Below, in pieces: positions 24,964 to 38,596 of a DNA stretch of 64,000 nucleotides. Location of the stretch: positions 124,813 to 188,812 of the forward strand of contig NW_003314343.1 of assembly GCF_000143415.4 (NCBI RefSeq), given 5' to 3'. Source of the stretch: Selaginella moellendorffii. Taxonomy: Eukaryota; Plantae; Lycopodiophyta. Under the pieces are notes generated by a model that was given only the letters and a program-made list of their open reading frames with translations, was not told the origin of the DNA and made no database searches. Within the stretch, counting starts at the first letter, position 1. Each line of letters starts with the position of its first letter. The position numbers and the translations under genes were made by a program.

Positions 24964-27900
24964 AAGAAAATGTTAAGTCCCAGAGTTCGTACTCTGACCA
25001 AAAAGGTCATAATTCTTTATGAGAATTTTCTTTTGGTTGATCTCCAAACTTTAGCAAAATCGCTTCCACAACACCTACAAAATAAACTTGTCAAAGAATG
25101 AACAAGGCTTGCTAATAGTTGGTTGGGTCTCGTTACTGTAGAACCACAAAAATAATCACTAAAGCCATCGTGTGAAAGGAGGCACACAAATAGCAAGAGA
25201 AGGCACCACAAGATAGCCATGCTCACCTAGAAGACATGCCATAACTTTAAACTATATACCCTAAACCCGAACTATAAAAAGTAAATCTCTGTATAGACTT
25301 AAACTATATACCCTAAACCTGAACTCTAAAAGGTAAACCTTGTGTAAATTAGTCTCACACTGGAGGCAATGTAGCAACGGATTAGCTCTAGGTTGTAGAT
25401 TGAGTTTTCCTTGCCACATAGAAGAGTTGTTTGATTATAGATACAGTGTTTATATTAAAGTATGTAGCATACCTACATTTCCTACCATACAAGCTAGCAC
25501 TCCATCTGTGGAAAGTGCATGCCACTATAAGCACATTTTATTTGCTTTTGCGTCATTTTCCTTTTTAGTTGGTGCATCCATCCACTTTGAATAAAGTTGC
25601 TTAAATTTGTTATGGAAGTTAGACTTAATGCAGTGGCAATATTCATTGATACTTGTTGCCCAATAAAATTCATAGCTCTTTTCTCTACCTTGTTATGGGT
25701 AACTTTTATCACCTCCAAATGCTTATTGCATAGCAAACCAATTAACACCAACAGCATCTACCATGAAACCACAAATGTTGGGTTTCTTCTCTATTTGCTA
25801 TTCAACAACCTCAAACATATAAGTTGCCTAAGTTGAACATATAGCACTACTACTTACCCATTAGATATGGTTCACGCATGAACTAACCTCTCTTACCCCA
25901 ATCTTTCATCCCACAAAAGAAAGCAAGCCATAAGCCACAAGCTGTGAGCTATGAGTTGTTAGTGACCTAAGTGATTTCTGTGTTAATCTTGTTTTTTTTG
26001 GCGCTATTGAGAGTTAAGGATGATTTCTACTTCATCATCACTCATTTTATCTTAGCTTTCAAATTCAATTCTTCTTTGTTAGGCTTTAGTCATGATACAA
26101 ACACTAGGTAGCTCTTCTGCATCTCACCATTCTACCTCAATGTGACTAGCTGTAAGTTGTATATCCTTAAGGGGCTTATCATTCTTGCTTGATGATTCAG
26201 CTTAATTGTATGGCCTAGGAGTTTTAGCTTAATCATACTCTTTTGGCCTTTTATAATCTTTAAGCATATTATAGCCTTTAAACTGATTGTATTCTCTAGG
26301 TTGATTATAATCTTTAAGCCTATTTTCCTCATGGCTAGGTGGATAATCTCAAAAATTACTTATAGAAAAATAACCCCAATGGTCACCTTGCCTTTTAGCA
26401 TGTGGGTATCATGTTTGGCATTTCGATTATCATTGTAATCATTCCTTCTACGATAACTTCTATCGTCAAGTAGATAGTTTTACTTACATGTTATTTTATC
26501 AACTTAGACTACCTATTGGCTTCTTAATTGTTTAAACAAGGTTTTATATTCTTTAGTTATATGCCCCTCTTTTTTACAAATTTGGCACTTGATCAATTGC
26601 AATTTGCATTCTTCCTTGTTATGGCTTTTATTTTTGCATCTGATACACCAAATCCCTTATTTGAGATCGGTTTGCAATTTGAGGCTTTTTAGACAATCTA
26701 TAGGACTGATTGTAAGGTTTAGGGTTTAAGGTTTAGGGTTCCCTGTCTACACCAATTATCTAAAAAGCCTCAAATTGCAAACCAATCTCAAATAAGGGAT
26801 TTGGTGTATTAGATGCAAAAATGAAAACCATAATAAGGAAGAATGTAAATTGCAATTGATCAAGTGCCAAATTTGTGAAAAAAAGGGCATATAACTAAAG
26901 AATATTAAACCTTGTTTAAACAACCAGGAAGCCAATAGGTAGCCTGAGTTGATAAAATAAACGATAGAAGTTATTGTAGAAGGAATGATTACAATGATAA
27001 TCGAAGTGTCAAACATGAATACCCACGTGGTAAAAGGCAAGATGACCATTGGGATTATTTTTCTATAAGTAATTTTTGAGATTATCCACTTAGCCATGAG
27101 GAAAATAGGCTTAAAGACTATAATCAACCTAGAGAATACGATTAGTTTAAAGGCTACAATATGCTTAAAGATTATAAAAGGCCAAAAGAGTATGATTAAG
27201 CTAAAACTCCTAGGCCATACAATTAAGCTGAATCATCAAACAAGAATGATAAGCCCCCTAAGGATATACAATTTACAACTAGTCACATTGAGGTAGAATG
27301 GTGAGATGCAGAAGAGCTACCTAGTGTTTGTATCATGACTAAAGCCTAACAAAGAAGAATTGAATTTGAAAGCCAAGATAAAATGAGTGATGATGAAGTA
27401 GAAATCATCTCTAACTCTCAATGGCGCAAAAAAAAAACAACAAGATTAACAGAGAAATCACTTAGGTCACTAACAACTCATAGCTCACAGCTTGTAGCTT
27501 GTGGCTTGCTTTCTTTTGTGGGATGAAAGATTGGGGTACGAGAGGTCAGTTCATGTGTGAACCATGTCTAATGGGTAAGTAGTAGTGCTATATGTTCAAC
27601 TTAGGCAACTTATATGTTCGAGGTTGTTAAATAGCAAATATAGAAGAAACCCAACATTTGTGGTTTCATGGTAGATGCTATTAGTGTTAATTGGTTTGCT
27701 ATGTAGCAAGCATTTGGAGGTGATAAAAGTTACCCATAACAAGGTAGAGAAAAGAGCTATGAATTTTATTGGGCAACAAGTATCAATGAATATTGCCACT
27801 GCATTAAGTCTAACTTCCATAACAAATTTAAGCAACTTTATTCAAAGTGGATGGATGCACTAACTAAAAAGGAAAATGACGCAAAAGCAAATAAAATGTG

Positions 27901-28393
27901 CTTATAGTGGCATGCACTTTCCACAGATGGAGTGCTAGCTTGTATGGTGGGAAATGTAGGTGTGCTACATACTTTAATATAAACACTCTATCTATAATCA
28001 AACAACTCTTCTATGTGGCAAGGAAAACTCAATCTACAACCTAAAGCTAATCCTCCAGTGTAGGTTTACCTTTTAGAGTTCAGGTTTAGGGTATATAGTT
28101 TAAGTCTATACAAAGGTTTATCTTTTATAGTTCGGGTTTAAGGTATATAGTTTAAAGTTATGTCTTGTGGTGCCTTCTCTTGCTATTTGTGTGCCTCCTT
28201 TCACACAATGGCTTTAGTGATTATTTTTGTGGTTCTGCAGTAACGGACCCAGCCAACTATTAGCAAGCTTTGTTCATTCTTTGGTGTTGTGGAAGCAATT
28301 CTGCTGAAGTTTGGAGAGCAACCGAAAGAAGATTCTCATAAAGAACTATGACCTTTTTGGTCAGAGTACAAACTCTGGACTTAACATTTTCTT
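24964..28393. repeat. Large inverted repeat: arms 24964-26697 and 26755-28393, 57-bp spacer
   Basis: Mirror-image ORFs (25597-25836+ vs 27596-27835-; 26132-26332- vs 27096-27296+). Arms are reverse complementary along their length with scattered mismatches and indels. Confidence 0.95.
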
Positions 28394-28450
28394 TTGTCAA
28401 ACTTTTGTTATGATAGCTGCTCTCGCGTTTAAATCAATTTCCTTTAGATT

Positions 28451-30121
28451 TTAGTGTTTCTTCTTGGTGGTGGTCTTGTCCCCACCCAAGAAGCGTGGGA
28501 GATGGAGCAGCGAGTTCACTCTCGTCACACCATCCAGTGCTGACCACTCGTTCTCGTCGGTGGCCAAGCACTCCTTGAGGCTCCGGCTCTTGCTCGCCTC
28601 GCTCCGCCCGCTCCGACAATGATGGAGCTTGATCATCCCCGATGGCGGCTGCTGCTGCTTTAGATCGTCTTCTGTAATCTCTGCCACCACAATCTCCTCC
28701 TCCTGCTGCTTCATTGCCGGAGCCGCAGGTACTTTCGTTTCCTCCCTGGATACTCCGCTCACCTTTTTCTTCACCACTGCTTCTTGGGTGGCGGTGGCGT
28801 CTTTGCCTTTGTTGAGGTAGAGGCACACCACTGCGCAGTCATCCATCTTCGATGTTGGGTACTTGAGCCTCCAAGCTCTAACGGCGGATTCGACCAGCGA
28901 TCGAGCCGATGTCGTCTTTGTTGGAGCTGTGGCCACAATCTTGACGACTTCTTCGTTGCTCAGCACGTCCCACACCTGAAAGTGAAAAAGAGAAACTAAG
29001 AACTTCAAACTTTAAAAAATGGTGACTTGTCTACTCACCCCGTCCGTGGCAAGAACAACAAATTGATCTCTTTCTGTGATACGGTAGTATGACACCTCTG
29101 GGACTGCAATCACTCCAAAGTCCTTGAGACAAAAATCACCAAACGCCCTCGCCATGGCCAGCCCCGGTGAATTGTCGTGCGGTAGCCACACACGGGCAAC
29201 TTCGGGTTCGTCGTGTAAGGCAAAAACTCGACCTTTGCACTGCCTTATTCTCTCTGCTTCTTCTGCTGACGAACACCAAGGTCATTTCCAAGTCGTACTA
29301 GAGATATTCATACCGGGCAAATTGGGTTTGAGATCGACAGTTAGCTGAACTGCTCGTATAGAGTTGTCATCCGCTCGAGATCCCATTACCGCTCTCGAGT
29401 CCCCAACGTTACCAAGAACCAGTTCGTCTCCCTGCGCACAGGAACAAAGAGCCATTGGCAACACAGAAAAGCTTGAACAAGACCTGCTTGATGAGCGTCA
29501 CAGCCGTGGTTCCACTGCAGAAACAGTCGATGATGGGATGAACGCGAAGATCTTTGTCCATCACCTTGTACGACTTGAGATGCGTTTCCTTCCACACCTT
29601 GAACATTTCAGGCTCCTGTGCCTCCTCGCCGGAGTCACTCCCCGGTAGCACCTGTTCTTCGGCTTTCTCGGACTCGCCACCATCGGACAAGTTCTTCGAC
29701 TCCGTAGCCTCCTGCCAGTAGGCCAGCAGCTTTGATGGAAGCGAGTCTCTCACCCTCCGGGCGACAAGATGGCCGTAAGGGCCGTGGCCATCGAAAACGC
29801 CACAGAAAGTTGTATCTTTTCGGGAACAAAAGCTCTAAACCAAAAGAGTCTTTAGCAAACGAAAGCGACACAGGACCCAAAAGAAATTCTTCTCACCTCC
29901 CACACGATCATGGCGTCCTGATTGACACCTTTTCGCCCTTGCTGCGTGAAGAGACAGGCAGCGCTGTTGGAAGCTCCATTGGAACAGATCCTCCCGGTGA
30001 CCAGCGCAAGCCTTTGATCGTGCCGCGCCTCCGCTGCCAAGGCCTCCCGCGCCTCCCTTTTCCTGTCCTTCCTACCAGAGTGGCTTCTCTCTTGCTCCTC
30101 GCACGAAAGGCAGGACCCCAT
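28451..30121 (-). CDS. Protein phosphatase 2C (PPM family, MGSC N-terminus), multi-exon
   Basis: QQGRKGVNQDAM, FDGHGPYGH, CSGTTAV, GNVGDSRAV, GLAMARAFGD, LATDG|VWDVLSN and MDDCAVVCL motifs. GT-AG micro-introns. Confidence 0.93.
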
Positions 30122-31204
30122 GAGGGCCCTGATGATTGTCGCCGCACACTCCACCTTGGATGCTCCACTAGTGCCCTGCGTTGCTCCAGCCGCTACGGAT
30201 CGAGATCTTCGCAAGACTCATCGCTGCTGGGTTGAATTCTGGCACGCTGCCGCCGCGATTGACACTGCGTTCCTGCCGTCATCGGGCGGGATCTTCCAAT
30301 TCACCCATGCAAAAGCCCCAATTCCCGGCCACAGCGCCTCGTCCCCGATTGCTGTGGCCTCGTAAATTCCCGGTACAGTACGATGTGGTATGGAGAGCTG
30401 TAGAGGGCGTGCTTTCGCTAGAAATTCCGTGAATCTTGGGCGCCAGACAAGAATCCACCCATTTCCTGGCTATCCCTACCTGGATCCAAAACCCTGCTGG
30501 GATGAGATTGATCGCAGCGCCTTGCTTGCGCGGCGCGAGCTGGAAGTCACAAGTAGCTTGTGAGGATTAGTGCGTCGTCTTGGCGGCGCCCCTCTCGTCG
30601 CGCTCCCAAAGACGCTCACTCCACGCGGGCGCCAAAAAGAATCTTCCGACTCGGAATGCCCAGCCAGCCGCCGGCAAAAATTCCGAAACGGAAGATCATC
30701 TGCCACGTGGCGCAAATTCGGTCATCTGCGACGGATGTGGTAACGGCCGGTCCGGATGCGCACACGTGGCCGCGGATATTCCCGCCTTGCACGGATTAAG
30801 GGATAAGGTTTAGTCAATCATGGAGCTTTCAAGAGAGCGAGAGGACGCTACTAAACAACTGCTCGCATTTAAAGCTCTGGGCGTTCCATTCCATTCTTCA
30901 GTGTCCTATTTCCTTTTCTCTTCCCATTCACCACACGTGAACATGGTAAGTTTGATCCAATCAAATTGGCAGTAGAAAAGAGTCACGGTGTATAAGTAGC
31001 ATACCTGAAAGAAAGGAGCCACCGAAATAAAAAATGCCCATGGTGGTGATGATACGTTTTAGAGGAATTCTGTGCTTTCTTTCCTTTTTGTTGTTCTTGA
31101 GTGAGTAGGTCATCCATCTAGAAGGAACAGACAAACAAGCTTGATTGTCTCAGAATCGAAACGAGAAAAGAGAAAGTTTCACGTACGTTTTGGGTTTTGG
31201 CGTG

Positions 31205-33060
31205 TCACGGAGTAGGAGCTGAAGTTTCCATGGCAGTGGCGTCCCTTTTGGAGGATGATCTGTTGAGCAAGTACTGTATCTTACACATTGTCACCATCTG
31301 TGCCGGATCGTTTTGAGTCCGTGACATCTCCTGGAGCTTGATCTTCTCGAAGAGATACCGCCGCTCCGCCTCGGCTTCGTTGAGCCGGAGCTTGAGATAC
31401 CTGCTCGCGTACTCCTCCTCCACTTTCTCCGACTTGGCCAGAGCAATCCGCTGGAGATCATCCGCGTCGCGCCTTGCCTCGTCTGCTCGCTGCTGGAACA
31501 TCTCCGCCTCCGCCTGCTTCAGCCGGATGATCGTCTCCAGCTCTTCAATCTGCTGCCTCTTGCGCTGCCTCTCGATCTGGAGCTCTGTAAGTTCCCTCCT
31601 CTTGTCCTCCACCTCCCTGTCGCACGACTCGAGAGACAGCCGAGCTCGCTTCACGTCCACGACCTTCTCAGCAGCCACGCTCTCCATCTTTGAAACGGCC
31701 TCTTTCACCACTTCCGCAATACGTGAGCAAGCCTCCTGCGGCTCCACGACTTTTTTATCCTCGCTCGAATCATCCGCTTCCTCCACCTCCGTTTCTAGGG
31801 GCAGAATGAAAAAAATTGAGCAAAATAGAACAAAACCGTACCTTGGAAAAGCCGGTGTATTTCCTTGAGAACGACGCTCACATCGGTCCCACTTCGAAGC
31901 CTCTCGAGCGACTCGTGAGCCTTCTCATGGAGTTTTTTACCATTCTGGTCCTCGCTGCCATGGAAAATCCGCCGCAAGCTGTCCAGCTCCCGCACGAGCT
32001 CGTTGATATCCCAGTCGGAGGAACACGCTCGAAAAACATCCCTGGCCCAGCCCAAGAGCTCCGACGTGCCACCGCAAGCCCGGCACCTGAAAATCATCTC
32101 GGGAGCAGCAGCAGCTCCGCCACCTTTCTTCTTCTTGGAGCTGGTTCCCGTTGTGATCTGCCGAGCTCGCATCGCACAGTCGGTGTGAGTCCAGTGCGAG
32201 CAAGAGTCGCATCCCACCCAGCGGCAGGTGTTGACGTCGAAATCAAACTTCCCGCAGAGGAGGCACATACACGAGCTGCAAAAGCCCGTCTTGGCGCTGC
32301 AAACTTCGCAGCTACAGTCGTCCACGGGGATCTGAACGTGACATGCCATGTTGCGGCACCTGGTGTGGAAGAAAACTTCGACGAGAGCCGACTGGGTGAC
32401 GCATATATCCGGGTGGAGGAACGCCTGGATCCCAGTCTTGATCGCCACCAGCAGCTCTAGCTGTGTCCGGTGGGATCGCATGAGTGAAGCGGGAGACAAA
32501 TCTCCTCGCGCCTGGACGAGCTTCTGGAGGAGCACGAATTCCTCCCTTTGCCTCGGCCCACCCATGCCGGTCAGAACCTCGCGGAGCTCCGCCTTGAGCT
32601 CTTCCAGGTACTCGTCGGGCTGTGCGTGGAACCGGCTGGCCAGGGCCTCGATGGGAGCTTGCGCTATGTCGCGGAGGTGGATCCTGTCCATGTTTACCAC
32701 CTGGTGGACGACCGTGGAGTGATCGTGATCGTGTTCGTGTTGATCTTCCTCCTTCAGGAGCTTGTCCCTCTCTCTCTCGCCATCGCTCTTGGCCACCGTC
32801 GCCGCCTCCGCCGCCACCAGCACCGGCAATCTTCTTGCCTCTTCCCCTGTTCTTTCCGTCGGCCAGGTCTCGCGAGAGCTGGCGCTCTCCGACGGCGATT
32901 CCCGGCGGCGATCTGGCGATGGGCACGCATCCGACGATGCGAGGGAGAGAGACGTACCGCGAGATTGTGGCGGAGGAGGGGGAGGCGGCGCCGCTGCGCC
33001 TGGCGGCTTGCGATCCAGGGACAGACCCTGGCCCTCGCTGTAAGACCAGCTGCGCTTCAT
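31205..33060 (-). CDS. OBE: OBERON-like PHD-finger and coiled-coil protein; intron 31795-31841
   Basis: RCRNMAC...CSCEVC...FCSSCMC...WVGCDSCSHWTHTDC PHD finger. C-terminal ELETIIRLKQAEAEMFQ...EEEYASRYLKLRL. Confidence 0.92.
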
Positions 33061-33775
33061 GACGATCTTGGACTAGGTGTGGACGAAATCCGCGAAATCC
33101 AGCCCCAGCGCCTAGGAATCCGACCTCATTGCAAGCAAAATGTGGCAAGATAGTGCCGGGAATGCCCCTGATAGCCTCGATCCACGAACCCTAGAAGAAC
33201 GCTGGGGAGCCCTCTCCCATCGGTTAGTTTACTAGAGCCAAGCTTCGAGAACGCCACCGGGTTTCTCTCCATATCTACCAGAATCTTCCCGCATATTCCG
33301 TTCAACATCTGACCTGGTCAGCGTGCCGGGAGATTGTGACCGGCTGGTGGCACGAAAGTGGCGGTGACCAGCGCACGCGCCACCCAGTGTAGCCGGTGGC
33401 TAGTGCGGTGGTCAGCCGGTCAGCCGGTCGGGCGACCTGGTTGGTGGACGCGAGACATATGCTCCAATCCGATTTAGTCTCCGCAGTACAAGTCAAAGTC
33501 AAACTGTGTTTCCTTTTCGCATTTACTAATGCCAGACAATAGCGTGCCAATACCGTTTGATAATGGACGGCTCGGATCACATGCTTTGCGTGACGCAGAT
33601 AAGTATCTCTTACCTTTAAGCTAAACAAAAGTGGTATCTCTAATAAGAATGGAATATCCACCTTCGATCCGGCGCGTATCACAAGATTGACCATTCATAG
33701 TCAAAGCAGCGTGAATTTAGTACTCAAATACTCGCCTCCTCCATTGAAGAGCTCGTAAGTTCTTCACAGACGATC

Positions 33776-34852
33776 ATGGCGTCCTCCTCGATTTTCCGTA
33801 TTGCAGCGTTCCTCCTTCTGATCGTCCTCTCCAGTTCTTGTGCTCGAGCGCAAGATGGATCATGCTCGGAGTCCAGGCCATGCCCCTCCGGGATGTGCTG
33901 CAGCCGGTTTGGATTCTGTGGCACCACCGATGCCTACTGCGGTGCCGATTGCCAATTCCAGTGCCCAGGATCATCAAATCCTCCTTCGGTTCCAAGCCCA
34001 GCAGCACCCAGCCAAAACACGGGCGTGATCGCCACTTACTGGGGACAGGATGGCGGAGAAGGAAGCTTGCTCGATGCTTGCAACTCGGGGAACTACCGGA
34101 TCATCATGGTCTCGTTCCTCTCCCAGTTTGGAAACGGCCAGACTCCGGTGCTCAATCTCGCCGGACATTGCGATCCAGCGGGTGGGACTTGCACCGGATT
34201 AAGCTCCGAGATCAGCCAGTGCCAGCAGCTGGGGATCCGAGTGCTGCTCTCCATTGGTGGCAGCACTGGAAGCTACGGCCTCTCATCGAGCAGCGATGCC
34301 CAGTCCGTGGCGAGCTACATCTGGAATACCTTCCTCGGCGGGAGCTCCAGCTCTCGGCCCCTCGGCAGTGCCGTACTCGACGGCGTCGACTTTGACATTG
34401 AGAGAGGTGCCGTTCCACAGCTCTACGTTGATCTGGCGAGAGCTCTCCGAGGATTCGATGGATCTATGATCCTGGCTGCAGCTCCACAGTGTCCAATCCC
34501 AGACGCCAACCTCGGATCCACAATCCAAGTCTCGGGCCTCTTCAACTACATCTTCGTCCAGTTCTACAACAATCCTTCGTGCCAGTTTGATGGCAGTAGT
34601 GCATCAAACATCCTCTCTTCTTGGAACTCGTGGGTGTCCGACTCGGTCACGCCATCCTCGGCCAGGGTTTTCATGGGATTGCCGGCATCGTCCTCGGCTG
34701 CTCAATCTGGAGGATTCATGCCAAGCTCTACTTTGATCTCCCAAGTTCTTCCTACAATCAGATCTTCTCCGAAATATGGCGGCGTCATGCTCTATGCTGT
34801 GAGTTTTGACCGCCAGACCTCCTACAGTAGCTCCATTCGCTCCAGCGTCTAG
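33776..34852 (+). CDS. Secreted chitinase: signal peptide, hevein (CBM18) domain, Pro-rich linker, GH18 class III catalytic domain
   Basis: [65 protein letters not shown] and KYGGVML motifs. Intronless 358 aa. Confidence 0.95.
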   Translation: MASSSIFRIAAFLLLIVLSSSCARAQDGSCSESRPCPSGMCCSRFGFCGTTDAYCGADCQFQCPGSSNPPSVPSPAAPSQNTGVIATYWGQDGGEGSLLDACNSGNYRIIMVSFLSQFGNGQTPVLNLAGHCDPAGGTCTGLSSEISQCQQLGIRVLLSIGGSTGSYGLSSSSDAQSVASYIWNTFLGGSSSSRPLGSAVLDGVDFDIERGAVPQLYVDLARALRGFDGSMILAAAPQCPIPDANLGSTIQVSGLFNYIFVQFYNNPSCQFDGSSASNILSSWNSWVSDSVTPSSARVFMGLPASSSAAQSGGFMPSSTLISQVLPTIRSSPKYGGVMLYAVSFDRQTSYSSSIRSSV

Positions 34853-34983
34853 AGCGCTTAAATGTTCGTGGCGCTAATCTTGATTTTAAATTCAGTGAAT
34901 ATACTATACTTATTTTGTCCTTGACCGTTTGAAATTGGACGGTCCCGATCAAGTTTGGTCCTTTTAGGTCTAGGGTATTGGCT

Positions 34984-37900
34984 ATGGAGGAGTTTCTGGA
35001 TGTTCTGACGCCAGAAGGCGCGCACGCTGGATTCTCCAAGCCCAGGTATCGCGTAGCGATTCATGGATTAGAGCTGAGTCTGATGCCCTGAGAATGCCAG
35101 GAATTTGGTGCACAGAGATGGCGACTACCATCGAGCAGTGCAGGTGTGCATCTATGCCGAGAGCACGAAGCAAATCCTCTTGCAAAAGCGAGCGGATTGC
35201 AAGGACTCATGGCCCGGGCTGTGGGATATTTCGTCCGCTGGGCATATCTCCGCCGGGGACACCTCGCTACACACTGTCAGGTTTTCTCTTTAGTTTGTCT
35301 CGATGATTTAGTAGAAACGAACGCTTTACTTCTGTAGGAAAGAGCTGGAAGAAGAGCTTGGGATCATCTTACCGGAGGATGCTTTTGAGCTTCTCTTCGT
35401 CTTCCTACAAAGAGTGTAAGCTTTTTTCCTTCTTCTTTATGTAAACTGGATCTCACTGTGTGTGCCTGGGTATAGCGCCCTTAACGACGGGAAGTTTATA
35501 AACAATGAGTACAACGATGTCTACCTTGTGACAACCATCGATCCCATGCCTTTGGAGGCTTTCACGCTTCAGGTGGCTTAAGTTTTAGGTGCGTGAGTTT
35601 GCGGTATTTTGTCTTACCGGAGTTTTTAAGTCTGGTAGGAGTCAGAAGTTTCCGATGTCAAGTATATGTCCATTGAAGAGTACAAGATGGCTTTGATCAA
35701 GAAGGATCCAGCTTATCTTCCATATGACATGGATAAAGAATATCACTTCCTGTTTTCGTCTCTAGAGAAGAGGTACGCATTTGTTTATCACTTCTTTGCT
35801 TCCTTACTATCTCGCTACTCAGATACGCATCAGACGCCAAGCATAGAATCTCGACTTTGCAGAGCCAACTGAGTCGCTATTGTCCCGTCAATCTGACTGG
35901 AGAGGTGAGAATGGTGCATGAAATGAATTGGCACTGGCTCTTGTCTGTTGCAGATTGGTGGCGTGAGCGACGGGGACATCAAGGCATTGTCTTACACGAT
36001 ACGCGCGGCACAGATTCTGGATAGAATATTTATCGAGCAGGTGCATAATCGTCATCTAACCTTTTAGTTCTTCATGTAATGTGTCAGGAATGTTCGAGCA
36101 ACCCGGACTTAAGTTCCTGGCTGGAAAAGAATGGCGAGAACTCAGAGCTCGACCACCTGAAGCTTTCTTATTTCCGGATCAATAAAAGCCCATGGTATGA
36201 TGCGTTACGAATCGCCGACCGGTTACTCACTCCTGTTCGTGTAGGTCTTGTCTTGATGAAAACGAAGCGTTCCTGACAACTGCTGATTCTGCGATTAAAT
36301 CTACGAAAGCAACGGTCCGAAGTGTTCACGGCTGGAATGGCTTGGAATACAGAGCTGCATTTCCGGTGATTAAGCCTCCTGGAGCAAACTTTTATCCTCT
36401 GGACATGGACAAAGCGGTAAGCCATTTGGAGTGTCGTTGCTGGTTCACTGATAGTTTTTGGCAGGAGTTTGAGGCTTGGAAGTCCACACTAAACGAACAG
36501 GAAAAAGAAGATGCAATCGCGTTTTTTACTGTTATTCGGAGAAATGCTACTGATGCTAGCCGCGGATTATTTCTCCGGAAATACTCGGAGGAGTACAAGC
36601 CATATCTTGTAGATGCGGCCAAGCTTCTCAATACTGCCGGAGATTGTGCTGATACCCCCAGGTAAAGAATGCCAGCCTGCTAACAAATTGTCGCCTAACA
36701 CGTTCTAGCTACAAAGTCTGCAGCGCCTTCTCAAGGCAAAAGCAGAATCATTTGTTTCTAATGACTATTTTGATTCCGACGTTGCGTGGATTGAGCTGGT
36801 ATGGCGTTTATGTCATAGACAATCCATAACGGAAATGTTTTCCTTCTGCAGGAGTCCGCAATTGACGTTACTATCGGGCCCTACGAGACGTATGAAGATG
36901 CATTATTTGGTTATAAGGTTGGGCTCCAACCAGTTTTTTTGCTACATCAAATTTGAGTTTTTTCTTTCTCCTGTTTTAGGCGACTTTTGAAGCTTTTATC
37001 GGAGTTCGCGATCATGTAGCGACAGAGCAAGTTCGTCTTTTCAGTGGACAACTGCAGGTGTGGTCCTTTCCGTCGACCTTTCTTTTCTAAACTTTCTACG
37101 CGTGCAAGAACCCAGACTTTGGAAGACAATCTACCTTTGGCTGACAAGTACAAGTCTACGAACGTAAAAGCTTCTCCGATCCGTGTGATTCAATTGATAT
37201 TTAACTCTGGAGTAAGTAGCGAACAATATCTCTTCACTCCTTGTATTCGTCTCTCGTTTACAGGACGTCAAGGGTCCACAAACTGTGGCATTCAACTTGC
37301 CTAATGATGAGAGGATTGTCAAGGAGAGAGGCAGCGCTATGGTGATGCTCAAGAACCTCTCGCAAACAAAGTAAGCACGCACTCTCTGGAGTAACTAGAT
37401 ACATTCAACGTGCTTTTCCTCGTTGCAGATTTGACCATATATTGTTGCCAATTGCAAAAGTCTGCATCGCCGAGTCACAGAAACACTATGTGGATTTCGA
37501 GGCTTTCTTTGCGCACACAATTTGCCATGAATGCTGTCATGGAATTGGTCCACATACTATTGTTCTCCCAGATGGAAGGGAGTCGACTGTGAGGCTGGTA
37601 CGCCATCAGTTCAATTTTTTTTCACTTGCATGACTGACAACACAACATTACAGGAGTTGCAAGAGTGCCATTCTTCATTGGAGGAGGCTAAAGCTGACGT
37701 GGTAGGCTTGTGGGCTCTTCATTATCTGCTGGATCAGGTATGGAGTAAACATTCAGCTTTCGATTAAACGCTATCTCCCTTGCAAACGCAGGGACTACTT
37801 TCCAGGGACTTGGAAAAATCTATGTATGTCTCTTTTCTGGCTGGTTGCTTTCGTTCCATAAGGTTTGGCTTGGAGGAGGCTCACGGGTAAGCAAGCATTT

Positions 37901-38341
37901 CCTTTCCATTCTTAGTTCTTACTGACGGTGGGATCTCAACAGCAAAGGACAAGCATTGCAGTTCAACTGGATTTATAACAAAGGAGGATTCGAGCTCAAC
38001 TCGGATGGCACATTCTCTATTAATTTTGACAAGGTAAGCGCCGGCTCCTCTTCCTTGACTTCTAAGTAATTGCTCGTGGACTCTCCTCAGGTGAGGGACG
38101 CAGTGAAGAGCCTCTGTACCGAGATTATGACTGTTCAGGCTCTAGGGGACAAGGCCGCCGCCATTTCTCTTCTGAGCAAATACGCGACCGTGACACCAGC
38201 ACTGGAGCGCATGCTCTCTCGGGTCAGAGACGCAAAGGTTTGCTTGATTTGCTTCGCGATTCTTGGCACAATTTTCTAGCTCTGTTAACGCAGATACCGG
38301 TGGATGTTGTCCCTTCTTTCGACGTGCTAGAGAGGCTTTGA
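34984..38341 (+). CDS. NUDT3: Nudix hydrolase 3 (Nudix plus M49 dipeptidyl peptidase III-like domain), many micro-introns
   Basis: VHRDGDYHRAV, WPGLWDISSAGH, ELEEELG, KPPGANFYP, TVAFNLPNDE, HTICHECCHGIGP and LEEAKADVVG motifs. Confidence 0.92.
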
Positions 38342-38596
38342 AGCAAAAAGGAACGGTGTTTAAAAGCAAATCTCTTCTTGCTTGGCAATACCAAATACCT
38401 TTCTCTTCGAGGTTAACACTTACATGTCCCCTCGCAAATCGGTGGAGGGCACTCATTTGTCAATCACGCTAAGTTTCAAACAACCTTCTCTTGGACTAGA
38501 AATCACCTCTGCTCACCTGTGTATTAATTCCTACTAACCGAGACGGTCACTTGGATGTCCGAATCTGATCTTCGAAGGTCCGCCGCCCCAACAAAT

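Noticed and set aside
31338-33153. Long antisense and alternative-frame ORFs over OBERON
   Set aside because: Expected shadows of GC-rich coding sequence, with no recognisable motifs.
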